DNA of 64,000 nucleotides from assembly GCA_010909165.1 (NCBI GenBank), contig VJWM01000063.1, positions 1,426,001-1,490,000 on the forward strand, in the 5' to 3' direction. Positions 9,115 to 21,466 of the stretch are shown in pieces. The notes under the pieces were generated by a model. The model searched no databases. It saw only the letters and a program-made list of their open reading frames with translations, and was not told where the DNA came from. The DNA is from Anthoceros angustus (lineage: Eukaryota > Plantae > Anthocerotophyta). The stretch's first letter is position 1; every line of letters starts with the position of its first letter. The position numbers and the translations under genes are program-made.

Positions 9115-12080
9115 GTTACGCCTTGGCAGGATGGCTAGTGATGAGGATGACATCTATGGAACCAATATCAAAACTAGAACACTGATTGCTAGACTTTGTG
9201 AAAGAAAGCATAGAGTCGTGATGTAGTAAACTAAGCTCCATTGACGGCAGCATTGGAGATGTTAACTTTTGGAGAATGGGTATGCCATTGTAGAAGACAA
9301 AGACATCAATGGAGACTTTATTAAAAAGAAGAGATGGAAACCTATCTACCCCGAACTGAACCGAGGAGGGCCAACCCACTAAAGGGCCAAGAGCCAGGGG
9401 GCTAGCCTCCGCAAATGCCAACCCCGAAGCTACCTATCGCCTCGATTATATCGTGGTCCGAGATGAGGAAAGGCCTACCTACAACTTGTGCCGATGACGC
9501 CACGTCTCCTTCAACTTGTTGCCGTCGTGTAAATAGTGTTGGCCACTGCCCTCTGCAAGGCGATGGATACCCGCTGTCGAAAGAAAGCCACCATCGAGGA
9601 AAGACGGAGACCCACCCCGTTCCGACGACGGTGGTAGGCTATTACACAATCCTTAATGAGCCGGGAAAAATCCTTGCCCATAGCCCCGTGAGTCTCAATG
9701 GCGAGGGTAATGAAGGCGTGGTCGTTCTGCAAAGGTGTGTACTTGTGTACCTTAGCAGTCGCACATCCCTCCGTTGCCCAGCCCAGAGGGTTGATAATGA
9801 CATGCTGACAAATGCAGTTCTGGGTAGGGTCCGTTATGATGACATTTGCAACAGAGATTTGGTCAAATTTGATTCCGCAGGCTTAATAGAAAACCTGGGG
9901 AAGGAGCCGCTGTCCTAGTGAGATGACCCGGCCAACGCGCGAAGCAAGACGAAAGGATGCCAAATGCCACCTAAGGGTACCCTAATAGAGATAGGTTGCC
10001 GACGTGGGTCAAGTCTTCCTTCAAAGCCTCATCCACAAAACCCTAAATGAAGGCCGGAGGTCCCAGGGGGGCCCTTAAGATCCTGTAAAGGAACTATGTT
10101 CCCCCCAGGAAATTGAAGAGAGGGAGTAATGCCAAACGGGGACCAAACCTTGCACTTTAGAATCTTGACCCTCAAACCCAGGCGGGAGAGCTCTAAGGAG
10201 AAGAGCACGAAAGCTTTTATGACCTTGCCCTCGGGTCCTAAGATATGAGTGTCATCCGCCATGGACGGAAAAAAGACACTTCCCGACCGCACGGCAGTGA
10301 TGGCCGTGGCCCCGGCGAGTGAACGGCAAAGAGGGCACCCCCCAAGGGATACCCACGCCTCGTCTTGGGTCATGAGTCCCACAGATGCCTTCCTTTAATG
10401 GTCCATGCTGAAAGTAGAGGGTAGACGGGGAACCATAGAAAGAGCGGACGAAAAAAATAAGACTTGCCAGGTGCCCACGTGCAACCTTGAGCTCTGTAAA
10501 AATTGCCCCTGTAGATCGTGTTGAAAGCGTTCTTGATATCCACTTGCAAGGCGACCCAATCTTGATGTGACACCAGAATCGCCGCGATACCAAACGCGGC
10601 TAACTCACAAACCCCCGGAGTGGCAATCCCAAATTGTTGGGGGCAAAGATGCACCTGGAACTGCTCCCGAAGTTGGATAGCAATGCTGCGACCTATGAGG
10701 CGTAATAATGCCTCCCCAATAATAATAGAGCACACCCTAGGCGTGGGCTTCTCCATAGCCAATAACCTGCTGGCCCCCAACACCCGAGAGATCTAGTGAA
10801 GAGTCTTACCCCTAGCCACTACCGCCGCCAGAATATTAATGAAGAGCTCTGAGAAACCGCTAGAAGGATCCTCGGGAGCAAAGTAATCCCGAAGATGATC
10901 GTAGAGTGTCCCAAACCCCCCGAAGAAAGCCGCGAGGCAGTGGTAAGAGGCCTACTGAAGACCGCCCTGTCGAGACAAAAAGGCTCCTCCGGCACGTAAT
11001 CCTGGATATCTTGTGAAATGAGGTCATCCGGGGTCGAATGTAGGGCACAGAGCGTAGAGATGGTATCCTCGCAGGCTGGCACCACTGGCTACGGGCGAAT
11101 TCGTGCTCGGGCAGCCCTGGCGTATTCCCCAGCACGGCCTAGTAAGAGACACCTCTTGAGCCGCGCCTTGGTGGGGTCCTGACAGATCCGATCCACCTTA
11201 GTAGCCTCCAACCTGGATCTTGCTGCGCGCCCCCCCTCCTCCTGTAGCTTGATCCCAACGGCCCAGCGGGCAGACGCCACCTCTCTATGGCCAGAAGAAC
11301 CACCCCTAGAGCGATGAAGACACCACCGGGGAAGAAAAAGGAACAAAGTCCAAGCCGCCTCATCCCCAAGGTCGAGGGCAAGGCGATCCAGAGTAAGCTG
11401 GTGGGCAAGGCGATCCAGAGTAAGCCGGTAGGCAAGGCGAACGTCGTCATACAGGCGCCTCAGGAGGCGTCGAGAAAGGCAGGGTACCGAAAATCGCTCT
11501 TCGAACAAGGTGAGCAGATGATCCAATTGCATTCGCAAACACTGCCAAGACTTTGAAGACGGGTCGAGGGGAGCATCCAAACTCGGAGCCAGATGTATAG
11601 CCCCACTAGAAGAAGCAAGCCTCACATGCGCCTCCGAGGTGGTTCGATCGAAGTCTTTGTGTTTGTGCCCAATGTTACATTTCACTCCCTTGACCCTACA
11701 GCACAGTTGAGCGCAGACTGGACAGGGGGTGTCCTTGACTGCCACTGAAGGAGTGGACTGCACCATCGGGGAGGGCACGAACAAACGAGAATGGCACGAT
11801 AAAGGAAACAACCTATGGACGACTGGCCCAGGGTGTCAGGGTCGAGGGGGCACCGGGTGCGAAGGACAAAGCGTCCCCGGCATTTACCAGATATATGGAG
11901 TGAACATTCCGTATGGCGAGCCCACTCGGCTGGCTGAAGGCCCCTGCCCAAAGGGGGCCGCAACCCTCCAAAACACCTGACAACCCACTGTGTAGACCCC
12001 CGCTCACGAGATCCTGAATAGAAACCCTAAAAGCCCGCGGCTGGCCGGAACATGACGGCCCCACCAAAGCCTCCTAGCAA
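9115..12080 (-). mobile_element. Degenerate non-LTR retrotransposon of the RLE type (CRE/R2-like): zinc finger, RT, restriction-like endonuclease
   Basis: CPVCAQLC..GVKCNIGHKH (about 11655-11725). RT motifs IIIGEALLRLIGR, PQQFGIATPGVCE, LQVDIKNAFNTI, RRGYPLGGALFA, MADDTHILG (about 10250). C-terminal NVIITDPT..KVHKY..FITLAIETHGAMG..FRQRVSIALQRAVA. Contains stops and frameshifts; ends are approximate. Confidence 0.8.
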
Positions 12081-12750
12081 AGAGCAAAAGTCTATGAATC
12101 GCGATAGTGAGAGAGAATGATCCAGACTGGACTAGACTGACGGACTTGAAAGACTGAAAGACTGACGGCTCTTGTTTTTATGAGCCAAGAGTCTCAAAGT
12201 TTATGGAGGTGGAGAATCGGATCATGGATCGAAACACTTCAGCAAATATGGTCATAATGAAAGATGGTGGAGCCGTGCATTCACTCTATTCGGGGCGCCC
12301 TGCATACCTAACAACATTGAAGTTTATGGATGGAGAAAATTTGAGGAAACACATCGATATCTTCTTTAAGCTCTTTATTGCTTTGGAGTTATCAAATAAC
12401 TATCTAATATGCCTAGAGGTAATAGAGATTCTCAAAGTTGTTTTTATATCATTCTAAAAATTATTTTTGTATTATTTTACATCTTATTCCGATATGATTC
12501 CTAGGATTTTTCGGCTAAGTTCATCACCAAATTGTGAACAAAGGCTACCTCCACAAAGAATATGATGGGAGAGACATCCACAAGCCTAAGTATTTGATGT
12601 TCACCAAGGGCAAAGAATGGAGAATGAAGCAAGGTTGTAGAAGCCTTGATCACGCAAGAGATAATGTGCAACACAATAGAGAAACAAGACCTTGATTATA
12701 CACATTGGACTTTTTAATACAAATCTTTAAGTATGTAAAAAATAATTAAG

Positions 12751-12795
12751 TAATAAATAAATAAATAAATAAGATAGATAAATAGCTAGGTAGAT
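12751..12795. repeat. (AAAT)n/(AGAT)n microsatellite
   Basis: taataaataaataaataaataagatagataaatagctaggtagat. Confidence 0.8.
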
Positions 12796-12814
12796 ATGGG
12801 GTCTCGTTACGATG

Positions 12815-13280
12815 AGCGTGTTTTATTCAGCAAGGATTACTCAACAAGAGGACAACCTAGTGGCAATAGTAAAAACTTATTGTTGCTTATTTGTGTTCAT
12901 TTCACCCTTGGTTTTGAATTGAGCAACACTCAGGTGCGTGTTTTATTCGGTAAGGATTACTCAACAAGAGGACAACCTAGTGGCAATAGTAGAAACTTAT
13001 TGTTGCTTATTTGTGTTCGTTTCACCCTTGGTTTTGACTTGAGCAACACTCAGGTACTACTTGCTCACCGTAACGTCTCCCAACAAGAGGACAACCTAGC
13101 GGCATAGTAAAAATTTATTCTTGTTTATTCAACTTCATTTCACCTTTGGTTTTGACTTGAGCAACACTCAGGCACTACTTGCTCACCGGTAAAAACTTGT
13201 TATTGTTTATTCAACTTCATTTCACCTTTGATTTTGACTTGAGCAACACTCACGTACTACTTGCTCACCGTAAAGTCTCG
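12815..13280. repeat. ~120-bp tandem repeat, about 4 copies (last one internally deleted)
   Basis: CAACAAGAGGACAACCTAG at 12842, 12962, 13081; TTGAGCAACACTCA at about 12919, 13039, 13157, 13239. Confidence 0.9.
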
Positions 13281-13519
13281 CCGTAAGGTCTCGCCTATGT
13301 AATATGACAAGGAATCTAGTGCGCTTCTCGGGTTTGTTGTCTTTATATACACTTAAGTTTCCAAGAGCGACAAAATTCATTTCGTGATGCATTAGTGCAT
13401 AAGGTTACTTGTCATACATTTATGTGAGTCTCTTTCCATGAAGGCAGGGTCGGTAGTGCCCTTGAGTATTGTTTTCATTTCATTTGACAAACTTCCTCAA
13501 TTGCCATAATTGTAATATG

Positions 13520-13945
13520 ACGAGCGTCGAGCATGTAACATGGCAGGCGAGTGTGGGGCATGTAATATAACAGGCGAGCTTTCCGCATGTAATTCAGCGG
13601 ATGAGCGTTCACGTTCAGCACGTAATGCGGTGGGCGAGCGTTTAGCATGTAATACGATGGGTGAGCATTCAGTATGTAATTCGGCCGGGGAGCGTTCAGC
13701 ATGTAATTCGGCGGTGGAGCGATCAGCATGTAATTCGGCGGTGGAGCGTTCACGTTCGACGTAATGCGGTGGGCGGCTTAGCATGTCGATGGTGAGCATT
13801 CGATGTAATTCGGTGGAGCGTTGACGTAATTCGGTGGAGCGATCAAGATGTAATTCAATGGGTGAGCATTCGATGTAATTGGTGGAGCGTTGACGTAATT
13901 CAATGGGTGAGTATTTAGCATGTAATTCGACGAGCGGGCAGCGGA
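13520..13945. repeat. Degenerate ~27-33 bp minisatellite
   Basis: Recurring GCATGTAATTCGGCGGTGGAGCG(A/T)TCA units and variants. Confidence 0.85.
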
Positions 13946-16900
13946 GGAGAGTAGGACGTAAAAAATAAAAATAAAGCCCGAGCTATATTCTCGCCTTCTC
14001 CTTTGGCTGTATATGACAACGACGCCTATCATTCAAAGCAAAGGGACTCCGAAAGCCTAGTCATGTTCTATTTATTGCTTCCCATTTTTCCACTACACTA
14101 CCCAACCCATTGATTCTATATTGGGAGGGCTAAGGGTTTATATATAGAGGAGCATGTTTTTGCTATATAATTTACTAAGCATACAAGGGGAATGCGTTAT
14201 TGTAGACAAAGAGATGAGCCGCATGTTGTTCACATTCCTCGTCTTCCGTCGCTCTCCCGCCCTCTAAGTTTGCATTAACTCATGCGTGGATTGGGCCAGA
14301 CTGTAGTGCATTAGAAGGGGAGGACGAACCAAACTTGGAATATCTAATTGCACACGAGATATGACTTACTTAGCCTCCCTAACACCAGCACACGGGTGGA
14401 TCGATCCATGCTTCGGCTTCTCTATCTTTGACCACATGTACAGGGTCCAGGATCCACCCCTATGACTTTGTCTTTGCCTTCAAGACTTCAAGTGTAATAC
14501 GCATGCCTACCCTTAAGAGGATTCTGTGGGCAGGCGCACACACTGAATTTGACGGCTAAATTTCCCACGCAATGTTGCTCCGCGCCATCACCATTTGTCT
14601 CGGCGCCATCACAAAAGTCTCCAATGCAAGTGGGGGATATTAAAAAGCGCATTGTCATGGATGAGGTTCAATTCGATGGTAATTAGGATAATTAATGGTG
14701 ATTTGGTAATGAAGTTAGCATTTAGAAATACATTAAATGCATTTAGTAATTAACGTTTCATACGGAATTGAGGCCCGAAGCGGTCACCATCAAGATGCAA
14801 GGAGATGCGGAGTGCACGGAGTGATGCAAGCCAGCTGCAACATGGAAGGATCGAGAGCTCAAGAAACATAAAGGGACCTTCCCGACACCAACGTCAATTG
14901 TTAGAAGTCTCTTCTTGAGCAAGAATTGCGACAAAGAACTCGGTGAGATAAGAATTGAAAACGACACAATGAAGATGGTTGTTCTGCTCTGGAGATGTCC
15001 AGAATGTTTGCGCGAGCCGTGAACTTATAACAACTCTTTGCGGTGCGGGTCTGTGATGAACGGGCATGCATCACGTTTTAGTGCGACGGCTCTCATTTTT
15101 CTGCGTGGCATGCTTGGCTGATGATTCTTTTTGTGCATCCAAAGATTGACATGATGCTGGATATGATCAGTGTCACTTGCATTCGCATGAATGCTTTCTC
15201 TGCAAACAACCAAGCCAAACAAATCTATGCATATACTTGTACGAACCAATAAGAATAGGAAAGAGTTGCTAGCTTGTCATGGCACAAACACACTCTCCCC
15301 ACGAGAACAACATGCTAATTCTTCACACATCGCTCTCATAGCCATAGCTTTGGCATGTTGCAGATCGAGAAGACAAGCTATGATACGAGCTTGTCATATG
15401 TAAAGAGTCTATATATACTAGCCCTTACCATCGGCATATTCTTAAGATATTTTATTGGCATCAGCATATGCCAAAAATATCCTAAAAATACACTATAATA
15501 TGTAAGGAATATCCTAAAGCATATTACTAGTGCTTATCCACTTAGCTATCGCTACCATTGTTTAATTCAAACTAATCAAGCCTTAATTAACATAAGCGCG
15601 TTAGTGATGGATTAATGCTAATTACTTATCTTCAAATATCTTTACATTCATGTGTTGATAATATTCTTGGCGTTCAGGATTGGAGGATTGAAGATGTATT
15701 GTCAAGATTTTGGGGGTCGTTTCGAAAGAGATTGTAGCCTTTTGCAAGCTTTTCAATCACCTCCAAGCTTTCCAAAGATCTTCTGCAAGTTTTGAAAAGG
15801 TGTTTCTTAGTTCTTAGGATATTCTTTCACTTAGTAACTTGTTTAGCAGTTTCTCTTGTTTCTTTAGGGTTCAAAGTTTATAATTCATGGATTTTAACTT
15901 TTAAGTCCTGATAATTTATCTTTAAATTCCTTAAATCTATTTCTTACTTTAGGGAACTAGTCTTAAGTCATCCTAAACCCTAACTATTACGTTAGGTTTG
16001 AAAATAGGTTTCTTAGTTCCTAGTAGGTTTTTAATATGTTTCTTAGTCCCTAATTGTCATATTGGTTTAAGGAATATATTTCTTGATTCTTAAATATCTC
16101 ATATTGATTTCAAATCAATATTTCTCATCTAGTTATGTCTCCAGTTATGCTTAGGGTTGTCCTGGAAATTGCTGGTTGGCCTCTAGTGATCTGGCAATGT
16201 ATCAACAATTGGTAAAAATGCAAAAAATGGAGGGTGGCAAGCTATCACAGGCTCCTCGCCTCATTTTTTATGCAAGCTATCAAAGTTTCTCGGCAGCGTA
16301 CAGAGCTAGCAATTAATGAAGGGTTTGAAGCCCACAAGTGCAGGAAACCAAGCAAATATAGATAGGCTTTTGGGGCCAAAGCCTAGAAGACATGAAGATG
16401 AGGCAAATCCCAAAAGTCGACCATGCCAACATCAAGCCAGCATCACAAAATCAGAAGAAGACATTAAGTCATCGTTAAGCTTGGATGATTGACAAGACAC
16501 AACCTGCTCGAGCCTATCTCTTTTCTTAACATGATCATCATCACAATATATGTAGTCTAGAGTTGAAGAGGGTTAAAGCCCACAAGATCTAGGGGAACTC
16601 TACACAATCAAGCAATTGAAGCAGGATGGCCACTACTTGCCCCAGCATTTTTACAAGCTGCTACAACCTCATGGGGTTTTTAGGTGCACGTCTTCTTAAG
16701 TCTCAAAAAAGCCTAGATCCAGTAACAAGTCTACGCAACCCAACAATAGTTGAATGACCACAGCATGCAAGATCTCAATATTCAAGACTTGAAGCTGGGG
16801 CCAAACAATGAAAAACATTCAATCAACATTCATTTTGGGGCTTGAAGGTGTGGGCGGCTATAGTACTTCCGTTGACCTCTTGTTCCGAGCCCAAGCTGTC

Positions 16901-16959
16901 ACCATGGTCTCCAAACCTTACTTACAAACATAGAATGCTAAGAACTTAAATTGATGTGC

Positions 16960-17125
16960 TTAAAATGGTACTTAGATGGGGTGCTTAGAAGGAATGGATG
17001 CTATAAGAACATTGCTGTTAAGCATCCTACGCTTAGATCCGTACTTAGATAGGTGCTTAGAGGGAGTGGAAGTTGTTAAGTACTAAGTACCAAGTCCCAT
17101 GATTGGAAAATTCCGTCAAGTGGAC
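16960..17125 (+). repeat. Dispersed repeat with an inverted homologue at about 29850-30000
   Basis: TTAAGCATCCTACGCTTAGATCCGTACTTAGATAGGTGCTTAGAGGGAGTGGA and TAAGTACCAAGTCCCATGATTGGAAAATTCCGTC align with the reverse complement of 29850-30000. Confidence 0.7.
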
Positions 17126-17636
17126 TAAAATGTGGTATGTGCACAGGAACATAGGTACATACATGGTACTACATATGTAGGTATGTACACGCATAGATTC
17201 ATCCAAGTGTGGTGAAAGCAGTTGAGTGATTGGTGACGATCGCTAGGATTCCTTTAATCTTACTTTAGTGGTATTGGAAGCGTCTGGGGCCAAGCACAGA
17301 GTTCCTTCCCGGAGGTGCAAGCAAGCGAAAGGTGCTTGTGCGCATCCGAGGCTGGGAAGATGTGGAGGATCAGCGGAGGGAGAGCATGTGTGGACGACGT
17401 TGCCGCCACGCGCGATCTCTCTGGCTTGTTCCTGCTCGATGCTGGCGTTAGCGGTGTGATGGTCGAGGGCCTCTGCTGGTGCCATCTGTGATCCCTCAGC
17501 TCGCGGGAGCCGCTGCAGGTCGGGGCCGAATTTCGGTTCAGCAAGGTGCAGATCACCGCCGATGAAGGCGAGCACAGCTGGGCGTGTGCGGTGCACCGTA
17601 ATTTGAAGGAGGAGGGGGGGAGCAGGCTAGGCAGTC

Positions 17637-20334
17637 ATGCCCAAGGGTTTGTTCAAGACCAAGCCCCGGACGGCTCAAGAGCTTGTCCGGGCCACTAGGG
17701 ACCTTCTGCTCACTGTGGATCAGCTGCCATTGCGCGACCCTAAGAGGGAGGAGAAGGTGCGGATTTTGCTTGTTGACACTTCCGGGCAAGCAAGCAGCGG
17801 GAATCCCGCGACCAGTGCGGATCTCTTATCTTGTTCCTGCATCTATGGCAGATTGCTGAATTGGTCAAGGATATTCGGGAAATGAAGATCGCTCTGTACG
17901 GCAACAGCGAGTGCGAGCCTGTGCCGGAGGTGCAAGCGCAATTGACGCAGGAGGTGTTTCGGGAGAACACGTTGAGGCTTCTTATTTTAGTGCTTCCCAG
18001 GCTCGAACTGGAGGTGGCAGGCTGACGTTTTCCATATCCCCTTCGTTGCTTCTGGAGCAGCTGTCTGATATGCGTTCCATGGCGTCGTGTAGGCACGCAA
18101 GGATATCACGCAAGTGGTTGCCAATTTGCAGCGGCAGCAGGTGCAATTCCGCCTTGTTGCCTGTGACTACTTGGAAGCAAACAAGGATTTGCTGGATCGA
18201 CTTATTGCAGGGTGAGTGCGCGATCTGCCTCCCAGGGTTGAAGGAGGGTTTGATCCTTCTTGGTGCGGTCATATGCATCTTCGAGGCATCAACATTTCTG
18301 ACTATCCGTCCTGGTAGCACTTCTTGTTGCCCTGAACTGGCCCGCGCAGTAGAGGCCTTATTCGGGGCGCCGTTCTTGCGGCCCTTACCTTGACCTGAAC
18401 CATAGAAGGGGTAGTGCCGCAAGACTGTCTGAATCTCCTTGTTAGCAGGCTGTTTTCGGGTCTAACATCGTGAAGGCCCTTTCTCTTACGAGTCGGTGAT
18501 AAAATGCTGCCCAAAAGTTATCGGTACTAGTTTTTAAGGTCTACTTGGTGGTATTTTGCGTAATCTAGCTTGCTCCCTTTGCAGATATGAGAATCCAGAG
18601 GTGGCTTTGCATTATGGTTCGATGCTTCGAGAGTGTATTCGACATCAAAGCATTACGCGGTAAGGTGTCGCTGGCATCTTATCGTTCTGCCAAGTTCAGC
18701 CTCTGGTAGTTTTATAAGTTGGTGTGTACAGTTTGCCAAGGCATGATATTTTGTCATATCCCAAGTTGCTTACCTAAGCCTGCCACCGTCCTGTAGTGTT
18801 TCTGCATGTTGGGCTTTCAGTTTTGATCGTTGGCATGCTTCTTTCCGGTTAGCATACCATCTGATAGCTACCGATGTTACATGGTCAGGTATGTTCTGGA
18901 GTCAGAAAACATGGCAAAAATATTTGGGTATATTGAGCTTCCCAATTTTGATGTGGCATCTGATGCTGCAGCAACTTTTAAGGTTAGCTTTACTCTCTGC
19001 TGTCCACAATATTGTAGATACTGTGAACGGTAACGAGCTGGGTCACAGACTGTCACTTGCGCGGTGGCACCGATTTAGCTTAGAACAAGACGGCCTAGCG
19101 TGTCTATCATCACCTGCAAAATGAAAAAAGGTTTATGAATCGCTGACAAATGGGTTTGAGAGGAAAGCTTAGCCTAGAATTAGTGCAGAGTTCTTCTCCT
19201 TGCTCTTCTTTCACGGGCTCCTAAATCCTGATGATGTGCTTTGAACTCCTGCTTGTACTGCAAGCTAGGGGACTGACTGCCCTGCCTTGCCCTTTCCTGC
19301 CCTAATGGCGTTTGTGGTGCATTGTTTTATTATTTGGTAATCAGGAGCTTTTGACGAGACACAAGTCGACTGTTGCAGAGTATCTCAACAGAAATTATGA
19401 CTGGGTGAGTATTTGTCTGCTGAATTCTTTCCCGTCCTGGAGTTAGTAATCGAAATATAATCTGTGTTTTCCGTCTGCAGTTCTTCACTAATTTCAACAC
19501 TAAATTATTGGAGTCAGAAAAATATATTACAAGGCGACAGGCAGTGAAGGTTTGTATGTGCATGTGACTTGACCTTCTTGTACGACATAGTCTTTTCTGG
19601 TGGACATTGTTTCTAGTGCTTTCGTGGTTCTTTCTTGCTCCTCCGTACTCTCAATCATTGTCTGAAACTTGTGGTGCTGTTACTTTTCTGATGGAAAGCC
19701 TAACGCAAGTGTGGATGTAAGTAGCTACTTGGAGACATTCTACTGGATCGAGCAAATGTCTCTGTGATGATGCGATATGTGAGCTCAAAAGAAAATCTCA
19801 TAATCCTCATGACTCTTTTGAAGGTAGGCAATAGCTCTGCTCTTGGGCTAACAATGTGTTGTCGATTCCTGGTTGCTGTTCGTTCTGTTATCTTCTCTAG
19901 ATTTATGCTTTATTGGGTTGATTGTAACTGCAGGATCCAAGCAAAAACATTCAAGTTGAAGCTTTCCATGTTTTCAAGGTTTAGCTTCGGTGTTCAGTCT
20001 CACTGTTCCGTTCTGTTCATTGTAAGCATGTGCTGGTTTGGTGGCTTAACTCACGTTCATGCTTCAAGGCTTCAGGTGTTTGTTGCAAATGCCAGTAAGC
20101 CTGCAGACATTGTGAGCATCCTTGTGGGCAATCGCACCAAGCTGCTGCGGTTCTTCAGTACCTTCAACACAGAAAAAGGTACCTTCAAACATGATGGAGG
20201 CGATAGATAACATTTATTGTTGATCGCTCAATCTTCCTCTCCTGGTGTACGCAGGGGATGAGCAATTTGAACAAGACAAGGCACAGGTCGTAAACGAGAT
20301 TTCCAGGTTGACGGCTCCAGCCGGATTTGCATGA
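17637..20334 (+). CDS. MO25: MO25/CAB39-family protein, 11 exons, apparently intact
   Basis: GT-AG exons 17637-17756, 17852-18013, 18093-18211, 18585-18659, 18889-18982, 19345-19404, 19481-19549, 19725-19823, 19934-19978, 20076-20178, 20255-20334. They give [102 protein letters not shown]. Confidence 0.95.
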
Positions 20335-20639
20335 TTGCCGATTCCTCGTTTTCCCCCCGTTCTCGTCAGAACGATTGGCCTGTAATGTAGTGTTTATAAG
20401 CGACCTGCGCGCGCCTAAATTATTGGATCAGTGCCATGAGAACCACGGTTGGCCTGCGGATGCACGTTCTACCCGTCCAGGCCAACACGCCACCTAGCTT
20501 TGTTTCAAACCCCTAGCAGGGAGAACGTCGCTCATCTGGCTGGTGTGCCCTCCATTCCTTCCTATGTTTCTGAAATAAGAAGCCCTCCCACATCCGGAAC
20601 TCCTGACCACATCCCGTGGTCACTTCCCTCATCAGGCTC

Positions 20640-21040
20640 CTCAGCAAGTCCAGCACCACGCTTTGTGGCGCCTGGCTCGACGACGCCCTTCAGTTCGACA
20701 GCCGGGATGCGCGCCGCCAAGATCTCCCTGGATCAGAAGCTCACGTCCAAGGTCTCGTGGCTCAGTTCTGTGGCCGATGTCACCTTGTAGGCAAGTACAT
20801 CACCGTCTCCCACCTCCCACTTCGGTCGCAAGGCGGATGAGATCGGGGATGGTTGGGCGCTGGATGCCGATGTTCGCAATCTCGGCATCTTTGGGTTTGT
20901 TTTGGCCCCTTCACCTTCCAGAATCATCGTCGTTGCGTGCTTTGTTACTTCTACCTCTCATAGGAACATGTTGCGCAGCCGTGTCTGGAATTACATTCAC
21001 TGTCCAGAGCTGTGCTCTTTGGCTTGCAGACTTTGTCGTG
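20640..21040 (+). pseudogene. Unidentified coding-like remnant, also present inverted in every array unit
   Basis: The frame KLTSKVSWLSSVADVTL*..FGRKADEIGDGWALDADVRNLGIF aligns with the array frame KLTTMLVMRDSIPDVTLW..FGRKADELGDRWALDADVCNLRIF (34790-35200, minus), with several synonymous differences. Family not recognised. Confidence 0.4.
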
Positions 21041-21466
21041 TTCGAATTTCAGTTTAAACAATGGTAAGGAAGCATGTGTTTACACCCAGAAGAATCCTGT
21101 ACAACAGCAAAAGACTCATACCAAATCACACTACTTGGAGTAGATACATCAGACCACTACCATCGATATTCCATTTCAATTGACAATATTCGAGCCAGCA
21201 GACCCACCGCCATTGTGAGATGTGAAAACATCACTTCCGCTCATTGGGACTGTCTCCCAGCCAGCCTTCCGCTCTTCAGCAGCTAAATGTCCAGCGCTCT
21301 TAGTGGCAACTGCTCTCTTCGAAGGGCGGGATCTAGTTTCTGCTCAACATCCCCACTAGCAGCGTCTTCCATTCATCGTCGTCCTCCTCATCACTCTCCT
21401 GCTCGGTGTCAGGGTTCATAGCTGTTGAAGGTAGGCTAGAGGAGCCAAGGAAGCTGGACTGGCGAC

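Noticed and set aside
13475-14032. ORFs with ARPPHY / AELHAERS repeats
   Set aside because: Products of the ~27-bp minisatellite; no evidence of coding.
14000-16950. Possible genes in the AT-rich interval
   Set aside because: Only short ORFs without motifs; probably decayed repeats or intergenic DNA.
20733-20927. Coilin-like GDVLAYKV in a minus-strand ORF
   Set aside because: Match too short, and the substitution pattern versus the array copy favours the plus-strand frame.
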